This document shows positions 1 through 9,393 of a stretch of DNA of 64,000 bases, one piece after another; the stretch's first letter is position 1; each line of letters begins with the position of its first letter. A program made the position numbers and the translations under genes. Under the pieces are notes generated by a model, which searched no databases, was not told where the DNA came from, and was given only the letters and a program-made list of their open reading frames with translations. Source of the DNA: Candidatus Woykebacteria bacterium (GTDB lineage: Bacteria > Patescibacteriota > Microgenomatia > Woykebacterales > RBG-16-39-9b); contig JBBDPM010000006.1 of NCBI GenBank assembly GCA_040876345.1, forward strand, positions 456,547 through 520,546, read 5' to 3'.

Positions 1-501
1 ATCGGCACGAAGGCCGCCAGCATACAGTATCTCCTTGGAAACAAGGGAAAGAGCCGCCTGCTGGAAGCGCTGCTCATGGCGCTCCACCTCGTTATCTACG
101 TTGTGCTGGTGCTCTATGCTCTCGGCCCGGGGCAGGCTGTGGCGTTCATCGTGGTCCATCAGGCGCTGTTTGGGCTGTACCTAGGCCTAGTCTTCGCGCC
201 TAACCACAAGGGTATGCCCCTTCTGGACGGCGATAGCCAGCTAGGCTTCCTCAGAAGCCAAGTACGGACGAGTCGAGACATCATGGCCCACCCAATCACC
301 GACTTCTGGTACGGCGGCCTCAACTACCAGATCGAGCATCACCTCTTCCCCTGGATGCCCAGAAACAAGCTGCGAGAGGCCCAAGTCATCGTCAGGGCCT
401 TTTGCGAGGAACGCTCAATCCCTTACTACGAGACGAGCGCCGCGCGGTCTCTCAAGGAGATCTACCAGTACCTACGCGATGTCAGCGCTCCGGTACGCTA
501 A
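1..501 (+). CDS. Acyl-CoA/fatty-acid desaturase, 5'-truncated by the window edge
   Basis: The frame is open from base 1 (IGTKAASIQYLL...). It contains the third His-box QIEHHLFP and the LVFAPNHKGMP motif of membrane desaturases. GC is 60% in a spot count of line 301. Confidence 0.9.
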   Translation: MGTKAASIQYLLGNKGKSRLLEALLMALHLVIYVVLVLYALGPGQAVAFIVVHQALFGLYLGLVFAPNHKGMPLLDGDSQLGFLRSQVRTSRDIMAHPITDFWYGGLNYQIEHHLFPWMPRNKLREAQVIVRAFCEERSIPYYETSAARSLKEIYQYLRDVSAPVR

Positions 502-540
502 GCTGCAGCCTGACTCGGAGTTGAAGAAGGGAGACCTAAC

Positions 541-592
541 AGAGATCGGCCCGCCGCGGACATGTTCCAAAGCGGGCCTCTCTCGTTCTCTC
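541..592 (+). terminator. GC-rich 3' hairpin with pyrimidine tail after the desaturase
   Basis: AGAGA..GGCCCGC (541-554) pairs with GCGGGCC-TCTCT (572-583), followed by CGTTCTCTC. Confidence 0.55.
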
Positions 593-680
593 GATGTGAA
601 TACGAAAATCAGTGCAATGTGTTGACCTTAATGAAAGGTTACTTCAGTAGTAGAAGTTTCTTAGAAAAACCAAAGGTGAA

Positions 681-770
681 TGGCGGAGAGGGAGGGATTC
701 GAACCCCCGGTGACGTTGCCGCCACACTGGTTTTCAAGACCAGCACCATAATCCACTCGGTCACCTCTCC
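681..770 (-). tRNA. tRNA-Ser(TGA)
   Basis: Reverse complement reads GGAGAGG...CTGGT-CTTGAAA-ACCAG, with a long variable arm, GTTCGAATC and an encoded CCA. Confidence 0.96.
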
Positions 771-771
771 G

Positions 772-860
772 TGGCGGAGGGTACAGGATTCGAACCTGTG
801 TGGCACTTTCGCACCAACGGTTTAGCAAACCGTCGCCTTAAACCACTCGGCCAACCCTCC
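772..860 (-). tRNA. tRNA-Ser(GCT)
   Basis: Reverse complement reads GGAGGGT...ACGGT-TTGCTAA-ACCGT, with a long variable arm, GTTCGAATC and CCA. It lies 1 nt from the other tRNA-Ser. Confidence 0.96.
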
Positions 861-937
861 AAATGTGCTGGAATTGTAACAAAAAGAGCTTTTAAATTCA
901 ACGAATCAGGAAGATGTTCATTGCTACTTGCTGGGCA

Positions 938-966
938 AACAAAAAACCCACCTTATAGGTGGGTAT
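938..966 (-). terminator. Intrinsic terminator downstream of tmRNA
   Basis: Minus strand reads ACCCACC-TATAA-GGTGGGT followed by TTTTTGTTT. Confidence 0.75.
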
Positions 967-1010
967 TGTTGCTTAACTTGAGGCTTCGCCTTTGGGGCGA
1001 AGCCAAAAGA

Positions 1011-1375
1011 TGGTGGAGATGCCCGGCTTTGCACCGGGGTCCGTCCAGAATAAATGGATGGGTACTACAAGCTTAGCCAGCCTTTGTGAATCCTTTAAAC
1101 CCACTGGCTGACGAGTTAAGGATTTAAAGTAGGTTATTGATGAATTCTGAATCAACCTAGGTTACCAACCTAAACTGTTCGTCTTGACTTAAGTCACACC
1201 TAAAGGGCTTCGCCAAGAGAAAGCCTCAATAGACGGTCCTATTTACGCAAACGCGTAACGGACGGCCAAATCTTTGTTGGCATTTAATATTTCTTGGAGA
1301 TTTAACGGCATCTACCAAGATTATGCCGGCTTGCACCTTACCCACATACTCTACCGTCGAAATTTAAACATCCCC
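1011..1375 (-). ncRNA. ssrA: tmRNA; tag reading frame 1243-1281 encodes ANKDLAVRYAFA*
   Basis: 5' GGGGATG pairs with 3' CATCTCC-ACCA, including the G3:U alanine identity pair. It is immediately downstream of smpB, and the tag ends in the typical YAFA. Confidence 0.93.
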
Positions 1376-1403
1376 ACGGAAAGATAATATGAATAACAAG
1401 TTA

Positions 1404-1874
1404 CTAATTTTTCAATTGTTTTTGTGCTTTTAACTTAGGCGCTCGTACTATTGCTTCTGCTTCCCGCTCAATATCTCTTTTTTTCAATGCCTCTCTTTTA
1501 TCTGCCTTCTTCTTGGCTCTTGCTAAAGCAACCTCTAGCTTGACTAAGTTGTGCTTAGTATACATCTTGGTAGGCACAATTGTCAAGGAAGAGGTAGTTA
1601 TTTTACCTGACAAATGATCTATCTCTTTGCGGCTGAGTAAAAGTTTCCTTTGCCTCTTTGGATCATAAGACGGATCGAAGGCGGCTTTATAAGGAGAGAT
1701 ATGGGCATTTATCAGAAAGGCCTCGCCACCTTCTATTCTCACGTAACTATCCGAAAGGGAGGCTGCCTTACTCCTCACCGACTTCACTTCTGCCCCGGAA
1801 AGTATTATTCCCGCTTCAAATTTATCGTAAATAAGGTATTCGTACCTTGATTTTTTATTGGTTACCAGTACCAT
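1404..1874 (-). CDS. smpB: SsrA-binding protein
   Basis: NKKSRYEY, EAGIILSGAEVKSVR and RKLLLSRKEI motifs; adjacent to tmRNA. Confidence 0.97.
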   Translation of the reverse strand: MVLVTNKKSRYEYLIYDKFEAGIILSGAEVKSVRSKAASLSDSYVRIEGGEAFLINAHISPYKAAFDPSYDPKRQRKLLLSRKEIDHLSGKITTSSLTIVPTKMYTKHNLVKLEVALARAKKKADKREALKKRDIEREAEAIVRAPKLKAQKQLKN

Positions 1875-3786
1875 ACTTAAACCTTTTTATAGTATTGCCT
1901 ACCCCAATAAATACTTCTCTACCTTTCTCCACGACGGCAAGTCCTTCCGCTTTTGAAAAATCCTCTGATTTGTATTGCGAAACGTAGCTACCGTCTTTTC
2001 CAATCAGCACCACCCGCCCATTATTTTTATCCAAAACAAAAAGGGTGTCGCTACCAATTTCGGTGTAAAGATAGGATTTGTTTCCAAATGGCTCATCTAG
2101 ATTGCTTACCTCAAAATCCTGCCTTTTTCCGCCCAGAAACTTCATTAAAGCGCCTTCTTCGTCAATAACCCAAATGGCCCCATCAATAGCCATCCCCGAA
2201 AGAACACCTTTATCAGAGCTGTCTTTGAAATATCTCTGCGCCGAAGCCAAGCTAGAGCCAAGATTTAAATATTTCCAAATTTCCTTTTTCCCTTTGTCTA
2301 ATAAATACAGGTTGCCCTGATAAGTGGCTGCTTCAACAATCTCTCCCCAATCTGAAGATGACCCCTGAGCCTTAACTTTAACTTTGCTATTAATATCGAT
2401 TTTTTCGATACCAGCTGCATTTTGTAAGTAAAGAGTATTTTCGGATAATGAAATCGTATTTACTTCTGCTTCGGAGACAAGATCTTCCACTGTTTTTTTG
2501 TTTTTATCCAATATGAAAATCTTTTTCCCAGTTTTATCTAATACCAAAAACTTATTCCCAGCTAAAATCAGCTTGTTTATTTTAACTTCCGACGGAAAGG
2601 AATAAACTTCATCCAAACTCACCTCACTGATTTTTTTGACGGCCATCACTAACGCGTTGAAGCGTCTATAGACTTCCTCCACCTTACCTTTATCTACCCC
2701 TAGGTTTCTAAGATCGTCAATATCCTTTTCCGCCTCTGAAATTAAATCTCTTGATCTTCCGGGGTTTATTAACGCTAAGTTTTCCACTTCGTCGAGTTTT
2801 GTCGAAACTGTTTGTAATTTTTCCTCAAACCGGGCTTTCTTTTCGGAGGCTGCTCTGTTGACTAAGGCAAAACTAACACTCGCGACTAGTAAAACTACCA
2901 TTACCACGGCTACTTGTGCTGCTCTCGCTCGGCGACGCCTAGGGACCTCCTCAATCTCACCAGGAGATCTCGCCCTCCAAGGCTCTAAAATCTTGTCTAG
3001 AAGGCTTCTGGAAGAAGCCAGAAACAGATTCTTAGCTTTATAAGCAAACGGCCCAAGTCTCGCCTTTAAAAGGCTCAGAAGCCTCCTAGCAGCCCCTAGC
3101 AACCTTCCCAGTATTGAGGCTCTTTCGCCTGCAAGCTCCATCATTTCTAAAGTCTCTTGCGCCTGCGGCCCCTCAATGTAAATTCTCAGTATTAAGGCTA
3201 CTGCTCCTGGAATTTCGCCAATTTTTTCATCAACTCCCTTAAGGGCGCCCTGAAAATCTTCGGAGACTAAAAAACTGGGGATGGATGAGATATCGACTTG
3301 GTCCAGAAAACTTTGATTAGCTAAGACTATTGTATCTTCTTTTTCAACCGCGCCTGAAGCAGCTTTATGGAATTTTAGTTCTTTAATTGTATTTCCTCTT
3401 TGAAAAAGCACTGCGGCACCTTCCACTTTAACCACATACAAAGCCTCTCCCCATAAAACTGCCCCCACAAGTTCTAGCCTAGAGGGATAGATTCTCAGTT
3501 CTTCAAGACTTTTCTTGGCAGCACTAAGTGCTTCCTCCAAAGAAGGTAGAATACTTCCCAAGGGGCTGGCAAAGTAGGTGGACTGAAAAACCTGATATAG
3601 TTTTTCTTCTATCTCAGCTCCCCTTGCCTTAAAATCCCCGTGCAAGGTTATTAGGCTAAAAAGGCTGCCCTTGAGACTTCGCAACTCTTCCTCATTGGGT
3701 ACATATTGATGGGTAAATGAAAGTTGAGACTGCAAAGTCTTACCGCTTACTTGCCCAGCTAAAGAGTAAAGTGTTTTTTCCTTCAT
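1855..3786 (-). CDS. Bitopic membrane protein: degenerate PP2C-like N-domain, one TM helix, C-terminal beta-propeller (NHL-like)
   Basis: TM segment AQVAVVMVVLLVASVSFALV; repeated LYLLD/LFVLD/IWVID blade motifs. The PP2C-like call is a weak pattern match. Confidence 0.6.
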   Translation of the reverse strand: MKEKTLYSLAGQVSGKTLQSQLSFTHQYVPNEEELRSLKGSLFSLITLHGDFKARGAEIEEKLYQVFQSTYFASPLGSILPSLEEALSAAKKSLEELRIYPSRLELVGAVLWGEALYVVKVEGAAVLFQRGNTIKELKFHKAASGAVEKEDTIVLANQSFLDQVDISSIPSFLVSEDFQGALKGVDEKIGEIPGAVALILRIYIEGPQAQETLEMMELAGERASILGRLLGAARRLLSLLKARLGPFAYKAKNLFLASSRSLLDKILEPWRARSPGEIEEVPRRRRARAAQVAVVMVVLLVASVSFALVNRAASEKKARFEEKLQTVSTKLDEVENLALINPGRSRDLISEAEKDIDDLRNLGVDKGKVEEVYRRFNALVMAVKKISEVSLDEVYSFPSEVKINKLILAGNKFLVLDKTGKKIFILDKNKKTVEDLVSEAEVNTISLSENTLYLQNAAGIEKIDINSKVKVKAQGSSSDWGEIVEAATYQGNLYLLDKGKKEIWKYLNLGSSLASAQRYFKDSSDKGVLSGMAIDGAIWVIDEEGALMKFLGGKRQDFEVSNLDEPFGNKSYLYTEIGSDTLFVLDKNNGRVVLIGKDGSYVSQYKSEDFSKAEGLAVVEKGREVFIGVGNTIKRFKYGTGNQ

Positions 3787-3788
3787 AG

Positions 3789-4022
3789 TTACGATAATAT
3801 TAGAATTAGGACTAAAATTGCCCCTACAACTCCTGATAAAAACAACAGTTTAGAGATTAATTTAAGGAGCGGGCTTAAGCTGCTTTCAACTACAGAGCAC
3901 ATCACCTGGACTTGTCTGATAACAAGGAACGAAAAAACAGTAAAACCGATCAAAAAAATAATCACAAAGATTTTTGCTATAGAGTCCAGCGGCAAACTAC
4001 TAGCTAAGTCAAACCCACTCAT
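3789..4022 (-). CDS. Small two-TM protein (DUF5657-like)
   Basis: Two hydrophobic helices around FSFLVIRQVQVM; coupled within an operon. Confidence 0.65.
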   Translation of the reverse strand: MSGFDLASSLPLDSIAKIFVIIFLIGFTVFSFLVIRQVQVMCSVVESSLSPLLKLISKLLFLSGVVGAILVLILILS

Positions 4023-4579
4023 ATTTTCCCCTTAAAATGGCTTGGTCCCTTCTTGGTAAGTAAATTTATCACCTTTTTTTGAATCTCATTTGGCTTTGCT
4101 ATTGAATCAAACTCAAAATTTGTGATTGTTCCGGCCGTCTGAATAAAAACATTCCCATAATCAAATATTAATTGGGCCACGCCTCCCCTAGTATGGGTGA
4201 CATCCTGAATATCATCTAAAGTCGTGCTGGAAATCTGTTTGTAAAAAAGATTGAAGAAATCAATATCAACTACTCTTTTAGTGGTGACTATATAAACATT
4301 AAAAAACCAAAGCAAAAATCTTTGAAAGGCGTAAGCGACGACAAAAAGATACCAAGACAGGGTGAGTACGAATTGGGTCGTCTGCGAAAGTGAAATATTT
4401 ATTGGCGAATTGTTCCCAAAAGGGATCAACTTCAGAGCTGGCGGGACTAAAATTAAGACAACTACTAAAATGGTCCACCCAACGTTTGTAAAAAAATGGG
4501 CTCTTTCAAAAACAATCACCTCTTCATCAAGGCTTTGGGTCTCAAAGTGTGGAAACTTGGTAGAGTTGGTCTGGTTCAT
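4019..4579 (-). CDS. Membrane protein with a bacterial PH domain
   Basis: Two TM helices, then YIVTTKRVVD...IQDV...DYGNVFIQTAG. Start placed at MNQTN (4579). Confidence 0.8.
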   Translation of the reverse strand: MNQTNSTKFPHFETQSLDEEVIVFERAHFFTNVGWTILVVVLILVPPALKLIPFGNNSPINISLSQTTQFVLTLSWYLFVVAYAFQRFLLWFFNVYIVTTKRVVDIDFFNLFYKQISSTTLDDIQDVTHTRGGVAQLIFDYGNVFIQTAGTITNFEFDSIAKPNEIQKKVINLLTKKGPSHFKGKI

Positions 4580-4623
4580 CGGCTCTATTGTACCCGCCCG
4601 TAAAGGAAGCGTCAAACCGAAAC

Positions 4624-6372
4624 TTAACGAATAATGACATCGAAAAGGTTTGTTGTTAGACTTAAAGTTCCTGGGGAACGAAGATGGTAGATGGAATTGA
4701 AAAAGTTGCCGCTAAATGTTTTACCTGAAGGGTAATTTGAGCTTACAAACGTGACCGATGATGTATGGCCCCTGCCATCGAATCCAATTAATATGTTCGA
4801 TAAGTTTCCAACTGTTTTTACGCCTTTTTTGCCTAGCTCCGAGCCAACTCTCGAACTGCTCCAGCCGGCTGCTCCCAAACAACCATCCGTCGGTGAGAGA
4901 TACTGATTATAACCGCTGGACACTTGCGACAAGAGAGCGGCGTTGAACAAATCTACTACTTGAGCTTGTGCTAGCCAAGGGAAGTAAGAGCCACTACAAC
5001 GGGAATTACCCCAAGCTTTATGAAACCAGGGGGAAGCTTTATCGTAAGCGCCTCCAGGCCAACTACCTCGGTAGTCGCGTATAGCTTGGGCATAAGGGCG
5101 CGCTCCTCCCCAAACTTCTGCAGATGAAAGGGTGTAACCGCCGGAGGTGGATGCGTACCAAGCCGTGATCGGAGAGCCTGCGTAAGTAACCACTATTCCT
5201 TTTGTTGCGGTCACAGCATCGCACCACCTTTTATTGTAAGTGCCCGAACAATTTGCCTGGGCCCTGTTGTAAACTTGGCAGGCTTGTGTGGTACAAATCG
5301 CCCGACCAGGGTTGCTTTGCAGCCAGTTCATGGCGAAAGTTCTGGCGGCTACCGCCTGGGCTTTTAAGGCTTCCATTGGCCAGCTTCTGGGCATCTCCGC
5401 AATTCCGCGCAGATAATCGCCTTCAAAGGAAATATTTCCGTATCCCACAACATTGATTTTGCTCGGCACAGAGTATTTCCCAACCGAAACTCCTTTGTAA
5501 TAAGTCTTAAGGATGGCGGTGTGACTTTGTCCTGCCTGTGCTCTTCCGTAAGCTCCGTATTGATTCATACCAACTCGGTGAGGATAACCGTAAGAAGCAA
5601 AAGCATAAGCTGGGGAGAAACCTGGATTTGGTAGGGGGGTAGAGGCTGGCGCTTGATTTCCGATAGTCTGATTTTGTTCACTAGCGGCTAGTCTTTTGGT
5701 TATTAAATCCTTTTGCTTCTGAGTCAGATTTTTAAGACTGGCGTTAATTTGGGAGCTTCTAGTTTGCAGGTAGTTTTGCTGATTGGCCGCGGAATAGTAT
5801 TGGGAACGAATTGAGGCTAGTCTTCCGGAAATTTCATGGGCGGCCTTTTCTAGGCTTTTCTTAACTGATGCTACCTGAGATTTTGTTTTTTCCACTCTGG
5901 AGATTTCTTCATTCACAACTACTATCAAATCTTGCGATTGCCCAATTACTCTTTCTTGATAAACTGAGAGGGACGCAAAATCTGAGAATCCGCTGCTGGT
6001 GAGAAATAGCGAAAGTTGGGAATCTCCTGGTCTTTTGTAAAGAGTGCGAATTTCCTGATTGCGTACACTAGTAAGATAATCCAGAGATTTTTTCTTTTCG
6101 GCCAAATCGTTTTCTACCTTTTTCAAATCTTTCCGAACTTTAGCTACTTTTTTGTTAGCCTCATTAAGCTGCGCTTCCGTACCAAACAAATTCCCAGAAA
6201 GATAGGCGATATCCTTTTCTATTTGCGACAACTCTGTCTGAGTTTTAGAATAGTCAGATTTGTTTTTATCAATGTTTTTTTGGACATCAAGAAGCTCATC
6301 TGCCTTTGCTTGGGCGATGAATACATTGAAGGACAGAACGATGGAGAGAAAAACCAAGGCAGTTTTTTTCAT
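4624..6372 (-). CDS. Secreted coiled-coil + SpoIID/LytB peptidoglycan lytic domain protein
   Basis: Signal peptide, long coiled coil, AEMPRSWPMEALKAQAVAART, CQVY and HRVGMNQYGA motifs. Confidence 0.88.
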   Translation of the reverse strand: MKKTALVFLSIVLSFNVFIAQAKADELLDVQKNIDKNKSDYSKTQTELSQIEKDIAYLSGNLFGTEAQLNEANKKVAKVRKDLKKVENDLAEKKKSLDYLTSVRNQEIRTLYKRPGDSQLSLFLTSSGFSDFASLSVYQERVIGQSQDLIVVVNEEISRVEKTKSQVASVKKSLEKAAHEISGRLASIRSQYYSAANQQNYLQTRSSQINASLKNLTQKQKDLITKRLAASEQNQTIGNQAPASTPLPNPGFSPAYAFASYGYPHRVGMNQYGAYGRAQAGQSHTAILKTYYKGVSVGKYSVPSKINVVGYGNISFEGDYLRGIAEMPRSWPMEALKAQAVAARTFAMNWLQSNPGRAICTTQACQVYNRAQANCSGTYNKRWCDAVTATKGIVVTYAGSPITAWYASTSGGYTLSSAEVWGGARPYAQAIRDYRGSWPGGAYDKASPWFHKAWGNSRCSGSYFPWLAQAQVVDLFNAALLSQVSSGYNQYLSPTDGCLGAAGWSSSRVGSELGKKGVKTVGNLSNILIGFDGRGHTSSVTFVSSNYPSGKTFSGNFFNSIYHLRSPGTLSLTTNLFDVIIR

Positions 6373-6470
6373 CAGTTATAGGTTATAATACTAGGATTCC
6401 ATGAATATTTCAAACTTAGGTTCCAAATACCGAACGGTCAGGGAAGAAATGTAATTACTAGGTGGTCATT

Positions 6471-6728
6471 ATGAATTTTATTTACACAAAACATGCTGAA
6501 GAAAAACTTCAAAGGCTAGACGTAGTTAAATTTAGTGTGACTAAGAAAAGGCTTGAGAGTGTAATAAAACGCCCAAATCGGAGTGGCAAGTCAAAAACAG
6601 GTGAAGGGATAGCAATTGGATACTTATTTGGAACCTATATTATAAGAATCGTGCATGATATAATGACAGATGACAAAATAAAAATTATTACTTTCCACGT
6701 ATCTAAGAGAGGACGATATGGAACTTAA
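6471..6728 (+). CDS. DUF4258-like (RelE-fold) putative toxin
   Basis: YTKHAEEKL...IITFH pattern; overlaps the downstream partner gene. Confidence 0.7.
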   Translation: MNFIYTKHAEEKLQRLDVVKFSVTKKRLESVIKRPNRSGKSKTGEGIAIGYLFGTYIIRIVHDIMTDDKIKIITFHVSKRGRYGT

Positions 6729-6936
6729 ATATTATAAAGAGGACGATATCTTGGTAATGAAATTCTCTAATAACCCTGTCGATGATTCCTTTGAGGTTGA
6801 TGACAATGCTGTATTGGAGGTCAGTAAAGATAACGAGCCGGTCACATTGGAGGTTCTACACGCCTCAAAATTCTTCAACTCGATTAATAAAGTGCTGCCA
6901 AAAGAGGTAAAAGAAGAATTCTTCACCCCAGTCTAG
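6718..6936 (+). CDS. DUF2283-like putative antitoxin
   Basis: Acidic 72-aa protein with YYKEDDILVM...LEVLHASK. Confidence 0.75.
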   Translation: MELKYYKEDDILVMKFSNNPVDDSFEVDDNAVLEVSKDNEPVTLEVLHASKFFNSINKVLPKEVKEEFFTPV

Positions 6937-7025
6937 ATTTTGCACCTCCAACTAACCTCTAAGATCTAATTTCTCGCTGACCGGTCTCTTGTCTCTGGTT
7001 ACTTGTTACTTGTCCCTAAACATGT

Positions 7026-7055
7026 TTGACAACCCGAAGCCAAACCGAGTACGAT
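7026..7055 (+). promoter_or_regulatory. Sigma70-type promoter of the pilin operon
   Basis: TTGACA-N18-TACGAT, ending 18 nt before the ATG at 7074. Confidence 0.6.
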
Positions 7056-7073
7056 TAATTAGCAATACTGTCC

Positions 7074-8084
7074 ATGAAAAAAACGACCTTATTTTTTTTA
7101 GCGCTACTAACATTTCTATTATGCTTTAATTTTTATACTCCATCTACCTTTGCAGCTAATTTAAGCTGTAGTGTCTTACCAAATACTATAGCTGCAAACG
7201 GAGTGGCCACAGCTCAGCTCACAATAACAGAGACGGGCCATAGTCTTACTGCATGGTTCATGTTAGCTAAAAAACTACCAAATGGTGGTGAGTATTTATT
7301 GGGAGCGCAACAAATTAGTCAATCCTTCGATGGTCATAACTCAACTGGAACCAAAACAATTGGGCCGTTTGATAATGGCCAGGCTGGAGACTATGTAATT
7401 TATATTGGGTCTAGCAGAGAAGCCGTTGAATCTAGAAATTCTTCCGGTTGTACATTTGATGTTTCCCCAGGGCCTCCACCACCCACTGGGGTTCAGTGCG
7501 TAAATTTTGTCTCAATACAGCCACCAGAAGAGGAGATAACATCCGGATCAAATATTATTTTGAAATACACCAGAGGTCAGTCTTCAACAACCGCTGATTA
7601 TAAAGTTGACATTTATAATAGTGATAGTGTATTAACCCGAACCGTCGACAGATTAACAGACTCCGGAAGTCTTTGGTCAGCCAATGTTGGCTCACTCCAA
7701 GGTCCAGAGGAAGTTTATTCTGCCAAATTATACTATATAAAAGTGTCACCACCCCACCTTTGTAATTCAACGAACATTTCCATTCTTGATGAAAGAGCAG
7801 CCGGGCAATTTCCAGAGGGAGATGATCAGACTTCTGCTTTACCTAGCCGAGTAGAAAAAATTGTGAACTATTTAATTACGTTTGGAATTGGAATTGCTGG
7901 TGGAGTGGCGTTTTTGATGCTAGTGTACGGTGGATTTAAATTTATATTCAGCCTTGGAAATCCAGAGAATGTTCAACAAGGCAGAGAGGTGATAACGGCT
8001 GCTATAATTGGCTTGATTGTAGTTGTATTTTCTGTTTTTCTTCTAAAATTGATTGGGATTAGTATTCTTGGTTTGCCAATATGA
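7074..8084 (+). CDS. Pilin fusion: signal peptide + Cys-containing beta-rich extracellular domains + C-terminal VirB2/TrbC-like pilin
   Basis: C-terminal GIAGGVAFLMLVYGGFKFIFSLGNPENVQQGREVITAAIIGL is the CPR T4SS-pilin pattern. Confidence 0.8.
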   Translation: MKKTTLFFLALLTFLLCFNFYTPSTFAANLSCSVLPNTIAANGVATAQLTITETGHSLTAWFMLAKKLPNGGEYLLGAQQISQSFDGHNSTGTKTIGPFDNGQAGDYVIYIGSSREAVESRNSSGCTFDVSPGPPPPTGVQCVNFVSIQPPEEEITSGSNIILKYTRGQSSTTADYKVDIYNSDSVLTRTVDRLTDSGSLWSANVGSLQGPEEVYSAKLYYIKVSPPHLCNSTNISILDERAAGQFPEGDDQTSALPSRVEKIVNYLITFGIGIAGGVAFLMLVYGGFKFIFSLGNPENVQQGREVITAAIIGLIVVVFSVFLLKLIGISILGLPI

Positions 8085-8989
8085 AATATATTAAGTACTT
8101 TTTTTTATTTCTTTTCTTTAACTTAGTTTTTGCATCTTTTGCTTTTGCAGCAATCCCAGAGGGCTGCGAAAACAGGGACTTTAATGGTGATGGTGAAGTT
8201 ACCGTTAGCGATCAGACTATAGTACTTGCCAAGGTAGGTGTAAGATTAGGTAACCCCAGTTATGAACCTAGATTTGATTTGAATAACGACGGTGTGATTA
8301 GTCAAAGTGATGTAGATCTTGTATCACAATGCTTACCAGTTGCTGATAGCCCAAGCAACAGTGGGTCCTCTACACCTAATATTTTTAACCAGATTATTGA
8401 TCCTCTCCAAGGCCGATTTAACAGTCTTGGGCAGATTGCAAGTATGATTTTACCCTATGTTTTTGTGCTTGGCGGGATGATTTCTCTTCTTTTCATCATC
8501 TGGGGCGGCTTTAGATACATGACCGCTCAGGGAGACCCGAAAGCAATCGCATCTGCTCGCGGGACAATTGTTTCTGCTGTGATTGGTCTAGTCCTTCTCG
8601 CCTCTGTATTTGCAATTATGAAAATTCTCGAGATTGTCTTCAGAATAAAAGTTTTGGCATCTGCTTCCATAGTTTACGCTGCGCAAGGGGTAGATATTGG
8701 GTGTGAGTTTAAACTTGGCGACAGATGTGTAAGAGCAGTTTTTCCGACCCTGGGAACTCTTTTGACTAGTGTAATTACTTTTGCTCTTGCAGCAGCCGGC
8801 CTAGTATTTTTTGCTATGCTTTTGTGGGGCGGGATGCGCTACATGTTATCCAGAGGCGATGATAAAATAATTGTTGAGTCCAGGCAAACACTCACCAATG
8901 CGGTAATTGGCCTCTTGATAGTAATCTCCTCATTCGCGATAATTAAACTTGTATCAATTGCAACTAGCGCTAATATTTTAGTTTTTTAA
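8081..8989 (+). CDS. Dockerin-like domain + two tandem VirB2/TrbC-like pilin domains
   Basis: Duplicated Ca-binding loops DFNGDGEVTVSD and DLNNDGVISQSD; pilin motifs GGFRYMTAQGDPKAIASAR and GGMRYMLSRGDDKIIVESR. Confidence 0.8.
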   Translation: MKYIKYFFLFLFFNLVFASFAFAAIPEGCENRDFNGDGEVTVSDQTIVLAKVGVRLGNPSYEPRFDLNNDGVISQSDVDLVSQCLPVADSPSNSGSSTPNIFNQIIDPLQGRFNSLGQIASMILPYVFVLGGMISLLFIIWGGFRYMTAQGDPKAIASARGTIVSAVIGLVLLASVFAIMKILEIVFRIKVLASASIVYAAQGVDIGCEFKLGDRCVRAVFPTLGTLLTSVITFALAAAGLVFFAMLLWGGMRYMLSRGDDKIIVESRQTLTNAVIGLLIVISSFAIIKLVSIATSANILVF

Positions 8990-8993
8990 GTTT

Positions 8994-9386
8994 ATGAACC
9001 GACTCAAAAATCTCTCCTCCATTATTGGTCTTGCGACTCTATTTGCTCTAACTTCAACTTCTATTAAAGCTCAAGAAGATCCACCTGTTATTGATACAAT
9101 TACACCACCAGCCGGATTTCCCTTGGATTTAAACACCATTATCAAGAGTTCCGTGGCTCTTGCGCTTGCGATCGCTGGTTTAATTTTCTTTGTAATGTTA
9201 GTTGTCGGCGGATTTCGTTACCTAACTGCCGGTGGGGATGAAAAGGCAGCCCAAGAGGCAAGGAAAGCCCTAACAAATGCAGCCGTCGGCCTTGTTATAA
9301 TCGTAGCATCATTCTTAATAGCTCAGCTGTTATTCGCCGTCTTTGGCCTCTCCCCATTAGTAAACGTGGCCAATCCAACAAGTTGA
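8994..9386 (+). CDS. VirB2/TrbC-like pilin
   Basis: Signal peptide; GGFRYLTAGGDEKAAQEARKALTNAAVGL. Confidence 0.88.
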   Translation: MNRLKNLSSIIGLATLFALTSTSIKAQEDPPVIDTITPPAGFPLDLNTIIKSSVALALAIAGLIFFVMLVVGGFRYLTAGGDEKAAQEARKALTNAAVGLVIIVASFLIAQLLFAVFGLSPLVNVANPTS

Positions 9387-9393
9387 GGATTAA

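Noticed and set aside
562-1155. ORFs 562-825, 771-1076 and 973-1155
   Set aside because: They overlap the tRNA-Ser genes and tmRNA and are shadow ORFs.
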